Below are positions 1 through 6,448 of a DNA stretch of 10,462 bases, one piece after another (positions within the stretch are counted from its first letter, which is position 1; each line of letters opens with the position of its first letter). The translations under genes and the position numbers were made by a program. The DNA comes from Candidatus Coprovivens sp. (GTDB lineage: Bacteria > Bacillota_I > Bacilli_A > RF39 > UBA660), in contig JBJFGS010000035.1 in assembly GCA_051892935.1 (NCBI GenBank), forward strand, positions 1-10,462, given 5' to 3'. The notes beneath the pieces are model-generated. The model saw nothing but the letters and a program-made list of their open reading frames with translations, was not told the DNA's origin and ran no database searches.

Positions 1-26
1 ATTTTATCACTTTAAATTTTTAATTG

Positions 27-52
27 CTACGCGTCGATTTTTTGACGCTTAC
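27..52. mobile_element. IS66-family terminal inverted repeat (element body lies left of the window)
   Basis: ...TTTTTTGACGCTTAC ends at 52. Its reverse complement, GTAAGCGTCAAAA, matches the GTAAGCG start typical of IS66 IRs. It is a GC-richer patch in AT-rich DNA. Confidence 0.55.
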
Positions 53-310
53 GTTATACTTAACATAAAATACATTTTCGTAAATATAATATCATGATGA
101 GATAGATACATACAAATTAAAATAATTAAGAAATATATATATTATATTGTGTTTTCATTAGATAAATTCTAATTATTGCTATTTTTCACATAGAATTGAT
201 TTTTTAATATGCAATAATTAATATTTAAAAATTCACAAATTAATTACTGAACAAATCGATTTTATATAGTATTATATATTAATAAATTAAATTATGAATG
301 GAGTAATACT

Positions 311-729
311 ATGGGTGAAATTCAAAGGGTAAAAGAGCAAAATGAAAACTTTTAGGGGATATAGAATATTTGGAAGAAAATTTGCATAGATCAGCTTAAT
401 ATCAAGAAGACCATTATGCTATAGAAGCAGTTGAAAGAGGACATAAAATAGAAAAAATTAGAGAAAGAAATTAAAATATTAAAAATTTATATTCAAAAAT
501 TAAAATATGAAAATAAATTATTAAGAAGCAATAAAGGATAAAAATGGTTAAAAGTCCATAATGAACGTGGAGCTGGAAGGAAATCAAGATTTACTGATCA
601 AGGAAAAGAAACTATGAAGATCTATCGTATTCAAGGTAAAACTATTAAAGAAATAGCTGAAATGAAATAGCTGAAATGTATTCTTGTTCTGCTGGGCTAG
701 TTCATAAAATAATTAATGAAAATAAATAA
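311..729 (+). pseudogene. Degraded coiled-coil + HTH DNA-binding protein (HNERGAGRK type, often annotated 'resolvase' in clostridia)
   Basis: GGAG RBS, then ATG at 311. Readable pieces across frameshifts and stops: MGEIQRVKEQNE.., ..LEKEIKILKIYIQKLKYENKLL.., KVHNERGAGRKSRFTDQGKETMKIYRIQGKTIKEIAEM / YSCSAGLVHKIINENK* (TAA 727-729). Confidence 0.7.
650..677 (+). repeat. Perfect 14-bp tandem duplication (GAAATAGCTGAAAT x2) frameshifting the HTH
   Basis: Copies at 650-663 and 664-677. Removing one restores KTIKEIAEMYSCSAGLVHKII. Confidence 0.9.
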
Positions 730-847
730 AATTTATAAATTAAATAGTGAAAGAAGTTTTTTCATAAATTAATTTATAAACAACATATAAGGTAATAATA
801 TTTATATTACATATAGAAATATATTAAAAACAGGGGGATAAATAATA

Positions 848-895
848 ATGAAAAAGAAATTAATAAGAATCATATTAGCAATAACACTAGGCGGA
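848..895 (+). pseudogene. 5' stub of a secreted-protein gene (signal-peptide N/H region only)
   Basis: GGGGG RBS, ATG at 848, MKKKLIRIILAITLG. The sequence then switches in frame to transposase-like residues. Confidence 0.5.
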
Positions 896-1237
896 GGTTT
901 TAATCGGTAAATACGCAAATTTACTAAGGTTAGAGTTATATTCTCAACTGATGAATCTTTAAATAAATGTATTTACTTAGCAGCAATGGAGATATTAGAA
1001 AAATGGAACTAACCTATACATAATTGGGGAGCTATCAATAATATTTGAATATCAATTAAAAGCTTGCACTTTTTATAAATTATATGCATACTATTAGATT
1101 TTTTTTTGAGATACTAAAAAAAGGTAATAAAAATATTATTAGTATTTCTTAAATATAAAAAATATTACTGGAAATGAAAATTTCCAGTAATGTTAAAACA
1201 ATAAAAATAATAATTACACAGAATTATTTATTTTCTC
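896..1237 (+). mobile_element. IS256-family remnant: transposase C-terminus (pseudogene) plus right end
   Basis: GFNR*IRKFTKVRVIFSTDESLNKCIYLAAMEILEKWN*PIHNWGA..SIIFEYQLK matches the IS256 transposase C-terminal pattern (E-x-x-N-R-x-x-R-K-x-T-K...FP-x-D-x-S-L-x-K-x-x-YLA...KW). Stops at 908 and 1010. IS256-like IR TTACACAGAATTATTTATTTTCTC at 1214-1237. Confidence 0.8.
1164..1191. terminator. Stem-loop, probable terminator
   Basis: ATTACTGGAAAT-GAAA-ATTTCCAGTAAT, a perfect 12-bp stem between the convergent transposase remnant and resolvase. Confidence 0.55.
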
Positions 1238-1262
1238 TAATTATACAAAATTATATAGAGTC

Positions 1263-1853
1263 TTAAGTATAAATTTTTCTTTTATTATTTTCTCTTATTA
1301 ATGTACTTTTACTTATTCCTAATAATTCTTCTACTTGTGAATAACTAAAATTACCTCCATTTATAGTTAGCATTGAAAGTGCATTATCTAATTGTTTAGT
1401 TGTATATTTTTTAGGTCTTCCTTCTTTAAATCCTTCTTTAGTTTTTGCAATAGCTTTTCCTGATTGAGTACGTTCTATAATCATCGCTCGTTCAAATTCT
1501 GCAAATGCTAGTAAATTTGTAACTATCAATTTACCAACAGGAGTGTTTTCTATTAACCCCATATTTAGTATATGTATTTTTACTCCTTTTTCTAAAAGCA
1601 TATCTATGTATTGTAATCCTTCTTTTGTAGTTCTGCAAAATCTATCTAGTTTAGTTGCAACTAAAATATCATCTTTTTCTAATATACTTAAAACTTCATT
1701 AAATACTGGCCTTTCTTTTGCTCCACTCAAACCTTCTTCATAAATTACAACTTCTTTATATACTGATAAAATTTCTCCAATTTGTTGGTCTATACTATAA
1801 CCATCTAATTGCCCTTTGGTACTTACCCTTACATATCCTATTATTCTCCCCAT
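1263..1853 (-). CDS. Small serine recombinase (resolvase/invertase family), 196 aa
   Basis: GYVRVST with catalytic Ser11, KLDRFCR, AFAEFERAMIIERTQSG, GRPKK and a C-terminal HTH (YSQVEELLGISKSTLIR). GAGGG RBS upstream. Confidence 0.95.
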   Translation of the reverse strand: MGRIIGYVRVSTKGQLDGYSIDQQIGEILSVYKEVVIYEEGLSGAKERPVFNEVLSILEKDDILVATKLDRFCRTTKEGLQYIDMLLEKGVKIHILNMGLIENTPVGKLIVTNLLAFAEFERAMIIERTQSGKAIAKTKEGFKEGRPKKYTTKQLDNALSMLTINGGNFSYSQVEELLGISKSTLIRENNKRKIYT

Positions 1854-1876
1854 TTACATCCCTCACTTTTGAATAT

Positions 1877-1950
1877 AAGTTTAGACACCGTTTAATATGT
1901 TGATTTTACATTATAAAAAAATGAGTGTCAATACTTTTAAGTTTTGATAC
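1877..1950 (-). promoter_or_regulatory. res-like binding sites overlapping the resolvase sigma-A promoter
   Basis: Imperfect inverted repeat GTGTCAATACTT (1925-1936) / AAGTTTTGATAC (1939-1950), with a related half-site AAGTTTAGACAC (1877-1888). On the minus strand: TTGACA (1931-1926), 17 bp, TAAAAT (1908-1903). Confidence 0.65.
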
Positions 1951-2057
1951 TATTCTCAAAGCTTTTATTAAAATAATGAGCCTTCTATTTGCTTATTTTT
2001 CTGTATTATGTATAATTAAGTAAAATGATTATATATAGCAAAAGGAGAATATAGATT

Positions 2058-2306
2058 ATGGATACAATCATAGTTTTAACTTTATTATCTTTATCTTTAA
2101 TATATATATATAGGCTATTTAAACTTAAATTTAAATATGAGAATAGAAAAGAAGTCGTAGTTTTACAAATTATAATAGCTATAATTTCCATAGTAGCTAT
2201 TATAACTGGATTATGGGATTTATTCATTATAGTTTTTATTTTAATTATAATATTGGCTATTTCTCCTAAGAAATTTTATGATTTTTTTAGAAAATACTTT
2301 AAATAA
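2058..2306 (+). CDS. Small hypothetical membrane protein, 82 aa, about 3 hydrophobic segments
   Basis: AAGGAG RBS at 2042-2047. Candidate promoter TTGCTT (1989-1994), 16 bp, TATAAT (2011-2016). A terminator follows directly. Confidence 0.75.
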   Translation: MDTIIVLTLLSLSLIYIYRLFKLKFKYENRKEVVVLQIIIAIISIVAIITGLWDLFIIVFILIIILAISPKKFYDFFRKYFK

Positions 2307-2316
2307 ACTTAAAAAT

Positions 2317-2359
2317 AGAAAAAGAAAAACATCTTTATTTTAGATGTTTTTCTTTTTCT
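2317..2359. terminator. Bidirectional intrinsic terminator
   Basis: AGAAAAAGAAAAACATCT, 7-nt loop, AGATGTTTTTCTTTTTCT: perfect 18-bp arms between convergent genes. Confidence 0.75.
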
Positions 2360-2388
2360 CAGAGTGTCGACAAAGTCGACACTCTGAG
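2358..2388. repeat. GC-rich palindrome resembling joined IS1182-family ends
   Basis: CTCAGAGTGTCGAC-AAA-GTCGACACTCTGAG, perfect 14-bp arms. The palindrome is certain; the IS1182 attribution is from recalled resemblance. Confidence 0.5.
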
Positions 2389-2409
2389 GTTGGTTATTTT
2401 AACCAACCT
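2387..2409 (-). terminator. Stem-loop at the stop codon of the PadR operon
   Basis: AGGTTGGTTA-TTT-TAACCAACCT, 10-bp arms, overlapping the TAG at 2408-2410. Confidence 0.45.
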
Positions 2410-3214
2410 ATATTTTTTGCATTTTACATTCATATATTTTTATAAATAGTAAAGATCCCAATATTCCTCCAATAATCATAAGAATATATAAAGATAAGTT
2501 TATATATAAGACTTTTCCCACTAGATATTTAATTATGCTTCCAATAAAGCTTATACTTAGTAATATTGCTCCTGGTATAAATATTAATTTAAAATTTCTA
2601 AAAATATTAAATATCATAGGTATAAAAATTCCAAATGGAATATAATATAAAATTACATTTTTAAGATAATATTTAGAAAAATTTAATTCTATATAAGTGC
2701 TTCCTATACTATTAAAATCTATAAAAATAGGAAAAATTAATTTTGAAATAATAAATATTAAGTAAATATTAACTATAGACACAAATAAAACATTATTTTT
2801 ATTTATATATATATTATTTTTAGCATCAGAAAAAAGTCTTACTACCAATAATATTAAATAGATAACAAAAGATATTATAAAAAAATCTTTTCCTTCAATA
2901 GTTGTATATAAATTATTTGTTATACTTTTAATAAAAAGTATAGCCAAAGTAATAATAGAGCTAATTATTGCAATAATAGAATATCTATTTTTAACTTTAA
3001 ATAATGATGAAAAATCTTTTTCTAATTCACAAGGAGTTCCAAATTCTCTTTTGGCTATTTCAATACTTTCTTCTTCTGAATATCCTTCTTTCATAAGTTC
3101 TTCAATTTTATCATTTAAATGTTCTTTTATTTCCTCTTTAAAAGTTCCTAAATCTATATTTCCTTTATCGTAGTATTTAATTATTGATTCAATATATTCA
3201 TCTAAAACTTTCAT
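2408..3214 (-). CDS. PadR-associated membrane protein: HAAS/permease-prefix N-terminal domain + multi-TM region with VanZ-like C-terminus, 268 aa
   Basis: EEIKEHLNDKIEELMKEGYSEEESIEIAKREFG is the permease prefix domain pattern. NVILYYIPFGIFIP resembles the VanZ N-x-x-x-F-I-P-x-G motif. Start moved to ATG 3214 because of a GAGGGG RBS and coupling to the PadR stop. Confidence 0.8.
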   Translation of the reverse strand: MKVLDEYIESIIKYYDKGNIDLGTFKEEIKEHLNDKIEELMKEGYSEEESIEIAKREFGTPCELEKDFSSLFKVKNRYSIIAIISSIITLAILFIKSITNNLYTTIEGKDFFIISFVIYLILLVVRLFSDAKNNIYINKNNVLFVSIVNIYLIFIISKLIFPIFIDFNSIGSTYIELNFSKYYLKNVILYYIPFGIFIPMIFNIFRNFKLIFIPGAILLSISFIGSIIKYLVGKVLYINLSLYILMIIGGILGSLLFIKIYECKMQKI

Positions 3215-3215
3215 A

Positions 3216-3548
3216 TTATATCCCCTCATAAAACTTATTCAATACACCTTTTAAAAATTCCCATTCTAATTTCTTTTCATTGAAATACTCAATTCCTTTT
3301 TTGGTTATCTTATAATATTTTCGTCTTGCACCTACTTTTAAGCTATCATCCCAATAAGATTCTACTAATTTATTTTTCTCTAATCTTTTTAATATTACAT
3401 ATAAAGTTCCTTCTTTAACTTCAAATAATGAATTAGTCTCTTGTTTTATTTTTTTTATCATCTCATAACCATAATTATCTTTACTTAATAAGACACTTAA
3501 TATTATTGAATTAAGATGTCCCTTTAGTGATTCCCTATCTATATCCAT
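3216..3548 (-). CDS. PadR-family transcriptional regulator, 110 aa
   Basis: LKGHLNSIILSVL, YGYEMIKKI, EGTLYVILKRLE, RRKYYKITKKG, W-x-x-L. Start moved to ATG 3548 because of a GGAGGG RBS. Confidence 0.93.
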   Translation of the reverse strand: MDIDRESLKGHLNSIILSVLLSKDNYGYEMIKKIKQETNSLFEVKEGTLYVILKRLEKNKLVESYWDDSLKVGARRKYYKITKKGIEYFNEKKLEWEFLKGVLNKFYEGI

Positions 3549-3576
3549 AACACCCTCCACATACCAAAATCTGTAA

Positions 3577-3620
3577 GATACTATATAATATATAGTATCA
3601 TTAATTATTAGAAAATTCAA
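3577..3620 (-). promoter_or_regulatory. PadR operon promoter with overlapping perfect palindrome (putative operator)
   Basis: Minus strand: TTGAAT (3620-3615), 17 bp, extended -10 TGa-TACTAT (3597-3592). Palindrome GATACTATATA-A-TATATAGTATC at 3577-3599. Confidence 0.7.
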
Positions 3621-3683
3621 TATTTTTATACTTATAATAAAATTGATGATAATATTCGTTCTCTGAAGGACAATACAAAGAAG

Positions 3684-3726
3684 TTAAAAAAGAACTCGAT
3701 AATTTAGAAATCAAGTTCTTTTTTAA
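3684..3726. terminator. Intrinsic terminator-like hairpin
   Basis: TTAAAAAAGAACTcGAT, 9-nt loop, ATCaAGTTCTTTTTTAA. The single mismatch is a G-U pair on the minus strand. Confidence 0.55.
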
Positions 3727-3757
3727 ATTATATATTTATTATTTTAGTACCAGTATA

Positions 3758-3766
3758 TGTTATAAT
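3758..3766 (+). promoter_or_regulatory. Extended -10 promoter
   Basis: Consensus TGtTATAAT about 110 bp upstream of the small ORF at 3877. Confidence 0.55.
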
Positions 3767-3876
3767 TAATTTAGCTTATATTCCGTATGATGATGGGTAC
3801 GGTGGTTTGTTCATTTTTCCAGCTTGTGGCTAGTAGTGAAATTTTCACTAAAGCTTAAAAGGTGGTGGTATTGGAG

Positions 3877-4005
3877 ATGCAGGAGATAATAATAATAGGA
3901 TCTATTTTATTAGTTCTTATTAAAATAATATTGAAACATAACAAGTACTTTTCTTTAGAATTACAAGTTAAGATACTTGGTGTGAACTACTCTCTCCATT
4001 TATAG
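3877..4005 (+). CDS. Small hydrophobic peptide, 42 aa (not in ORF track); 3' end probably replaced by the palindromic element
   Basis: MQEIIIIGSILLVLIKIILKHNKYFSLELQVKILGVNYSLHL*. AAGGTGGT RBS. In-frame alternative TTG start at 3871. Confidence 0.55.
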   Translation: MQEIIIIGSILLVLIKIILKHNKYFSLELQVKILGVNYSLHL

Positions 4006-4024
4006 AAGCGGAGAGTAGTTCACA
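3981..4024. mobile_element. 44-bp palindromic element resembling fused IS200/IS605-family ends (PATE-like scar)
   Basis: TGTGAACTACTCTC, 16 nt, GAGAGTAGTTCACA: perfect 14-bp arms. It lies exactly at the junction of two unrelated gene pieces. Confidence 0.6.
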
Positions 4025-4497
4025 GAAGATAATAGATGAATATAATAATGTTTTGAATAATATACAAATATATAATAAAAATGATTCTATCATAGCAAAT
4101 ATTATAAGTAGTATAGACACTAAAAATACTCATATTATAATAGATGAGCAGATTAAAAGTGAAGATTTGCCTTTTGAAGAAATAGAACTTCAACGAATTT
4201 TTACTAATATAGTAAATAATGCTGTAACAGCTATGAATGTAATTGGGAATATATATGTTAGAACATATTATGATATTAATACTATTGTTATTAGCATTGA
4301 AAATGATGGTCCTAAAATTGACAATAAAATTATTAATAAGATATTTGAAGCAGGAGTTTCTACAAAAAAACAATCCTGGAAATCATGGATATGGTTTATC
4401 TATAGTAAAAGAAATTGTAGAAAGTAAAGAAGGAAAAATAAAAGTGTTTAGTAATAAAAGTAAAACAGAGTTTAAAATATCTATACCTTGGATATAG
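4025..4497 (+). pseudogene. 5'-truncated, frameshifted GHKL (HATPase_c) sensor-kinase C-terminus
   Basis: N box IFTNIVNNA, G1 ISIENDGP and F box IFEAGVSTK are in one frame. G2 HGYGLSIVKEIV..EGKI..TEFKISIP is in the next frame. The shift falls in the A7 run at 4364-4370. No RBS, H-box or sensor domain is present. Confidence 0.85.
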
Positions 4498-4499
4498 AT

Positions 4500-4691
4500 A
4501 CTCTTAACTTTTCACAAAAATTGTCAGACCCAAAATTATTTCCTTCATATTAAGAAAATAATTTTATAAATTTATTCCATTTTTAATTGCTAAACTCTCT
4601 ATTCATAAAAAGAAATCTCCTTGATAAAATTGTTACTATAATTTTATCAAGGAGGTTATTCATTAACTAGATATCAAATTTTTACGTTTAA
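4500..4691 (-). mobile_element. Probable IS66 left-end remnant with degraded tnpA start
   Basis: Minus strand: degenerate IR tTAAaCGTAAAAATTTGATATC from 4691, 15-bp-arm hairpin 4617-4654 containing the AAGGAG RBS, ATG at 4606. MNREFSN*KWNKFIKLFS*YEGNNFGSDNFCEK has the W...FC pattern of IS66 TnpA N-termini. The left boundary is approximate. Confidence 0.45.
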
Positions 4692-4902
4692 GTTATTAGT
4701 TAGAAGATATTGATTAATTATTGGAATATATGTTAATACTTTAAACAATATTTAATGAAAAATATATATTATTTAAAGTATTTTTAATTAAAATTCAATG
4801 AAAATGTATAAAATATAATACATTTTATAGTAATATCAGAATAATAACTAGAATTAGAAAAATTCAGATTTTGATTTTTTTGTTTAAGTGTGCATATAAT
4901 AA

Positions 4903-4928
4903 AAGCGTAAACTAAAAAGTTTACGCTT
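4903..4928 (-). terminator. Intrinsic terminator of the 68-aa ORF
   Basis: AAGCGTAAACT-AAAA-AGTTTACGCTT, 11-bp arms, 10 bp past the stop, U-rich tail on the minus strand. Confidence 0.75.
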
Positions 4929-4938
4929 AAGTTTGAGA

Positions 4939-5145
4939 TTATTTATATAATTTAGGCATTATTATTGTGGTGATTATAACGCCTAAATCGAAGCCAGAAA
5001 TTTTTAAAAGTTCAGTTAATTTTTCTATTACTGAAACAAGAATTTCTGGCTTTTGCATTACTACAAAAAATAATAATACAAAAAATAACACAATACAAAT
5101 AATTCTCTCGAATGTTTTTAATAGAATTTCAAAATTGTTATTCAT
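4939..5145 (-). CDS. Small membrane protein, 68 aa (toxin/holin-like size and hydrophobicity; function unknown)
   Basis: AAGGAGG RBS before ATG 5145. MNNNFEILLKTFERIICIVLFFVLLFFVVMQKPE...FDLGVIITTIIMPKLYK. It has its own terminator. Confidence 0.75.
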   Translation of the reverse strand: MNNNFEILLKTFERIICIVLFFVLLFFVVMQKPEILVSVIEKLTELLKISGFDLGVIITTIIMPKLYK

Positions 5146-5153
5146 ATTTATTG

Positions 5154-5410
5154 CCTCCTTCCTTTTAAAGAATTTGTACATATATACTCAATTTAAGTAT
5201 ACATGAACAAATTCTTTAAGGAAGAAGAGTAAATATGAAAACCAATTCTCATATAAAACAGATCTTCATAAAATTTCTGATTAAAGATATCTAATGCCTA
5301 AGCATGGTTAAAATCATAGTTTAAAACTTAATCAGAACAATATGCTAACTTATCATTACTTTCCATTTTAAACATAGCAATTAAAATGTTAATTGTTTTG
5401 TTTAAAACCC
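5154..5410 (-). promoter_or_regulatory. Structured 5' leader with RBS-sequestering hairpin
   Basis: Four stems: about 5155-5227 (covers the RBS), 5233-5254, 5275-5284 with 5328-5337, and 5366-5407. Confidence 0.55.
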
Positions 5411-5644
5411 TCCTTTGTACTCTTATCACCACTAAATATAAGTTTACTATAAAATAGGATTTAATTTAAATATTAAAAAAGCATATTATTTTAAAAAATA
5501 CTAAGGTTTTATCAATAAATCTAAATATATCTCTAATTTTGGTAAATAGATGTAATTTTTATTAATATTTTATTGAAGAGTTTATGAATTTATAAAATAA
5601 CAATATCTTAAATAAAAAAAATTGTAATATAATAGAACAATTTG

Positions 5645-5703
5645 ACAATAAAACAAAAATAATATATATATATATTGTGTATATTATATTTTTGTTTTAT
5701 TGT
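5645..5703. repeat. 17-bp perfect inverted repeat enclosing an (AT)7 tract and overlapping TTGACA
   Basis: ACAATAAAACAAAAATA (5645-5661) / TATTTTTGTTTTATTGT (5687-5703). TTGACA at 5642-5647. Confidence 0.7.
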
Positions 5704-6376
5704 TAATTTTAATAAAAATTTTGTAAGTATATCTTTATATAAAAATATAAATTTAGATCATAAATATTAGCAAATACATAGTTATATAAACATTAAATTA
5801 ATTATAAAGATATAGAAATTTATTTAGTCTACTATCAGTAGTTACTATAAATGAAAATTTATAAAAATCTAAAAATAAATATTTATATTTTTATATAATA
5901 ATTTTGTGTTTTTGGATATCTGCAAAATAAGATATTAACCTTTATGTTATATAAAATATAATTAATTGTTATATATATATTAAAATGTTACTTTAATCTA
6001 CATATTTAATTAGAGTAAAATATAGATTTTAAATGAAAGTTTTACGTTTATTACATTACTAATGAGTAAGTCTTTAATTACATTAAAGATATATTTTCAA
6101 ATTGGGAAGTCTCCATCAAATAACATTTTCTACAACATAATCTAGTAGGTTTATATTAGTCAATAATATCTTTAATGATAATAATTTAAATTTTTTATAA
6201 TTCATCTATGTTATATATAGTTTATCTAAAAGTTAGTATTTTCAACATTCAAACATATAAAATTTAATTTTTACATTCTAATGAATACAAAGTTAATTAT
6301 TATAGTATTTTATTAATATTCATAAGAGATATTATATGAAATAATTACTATCTTTTTAAGATGTAATAATAATTCT

Positions 6377-6411
6377 CTTTATGGATTTTTAACAAGTAAA
6401 AATCCATAAAG
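6377..6411. promoter_or_regulatory. 15-bp-arm inverted repeat just upstream of the adhesin RBS (operator or 5'-UTR hairpin)
   Basis: CTTTATGGATTTTTA-ACAAG-TAAAAATCCATAAAG, ending about 20 bp before AAAGGAGG (6433-6440). Confidence 0.55.
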
Positions 6412-6448
6412 TTTATATATATATATTACAATAAAGGAGGATAAATTA

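Noticed and set aside
1543-1903. + strand ORFs 1543-1743 and 1718-1903
   Set aside because: They are antisense shadows of the resolvase, with no RBS or recognisable motifs.
2006-2227. - strand 73-aa ORF
   Set aside because: It is antisense to 2058-2306, which has the RBS, promoter and terminator.
4020-4373. - strand 117-aa ORF
   Set aside because: It is a shadow of the GHKL pseudogene.
4053-4497. ORFs 4053-4427 and 4243-4497 as two separate genes
   Set aside because: They are two frames of one frameshifted GHKL domain.
4509-4531. TTTTCACAAAAATTGTCAGACCC as an IS256-like IR
   Set aside because: The resemblance is loose, and it is explained equally well as part of the minus-strand TnpA-like remnant (GSDNFCEK).
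4967-5206. + strand 79-aa ORF
   Set aside because: It is antisense to the 68-aa gene, which has a strong RBS and terminator.
5408-5415. Minus-strand AAGGAGGG as the RBS of another gene
   Set aside because: There is no start codon at usable spacing. It may be part of the RNA structure instead.
5460-6420. CRISPR array or iteron origin in the long intergenic region
   Set aside because: No regularly spaced direct repeats were found, and there is no cas or rep gene in the window.
1263-6448. Resolvase-driven invertible promoter for the adhesin
   Set aside because: I found no second, inverted copy of the res-like half-sites flanking a promoter near the adhesin.
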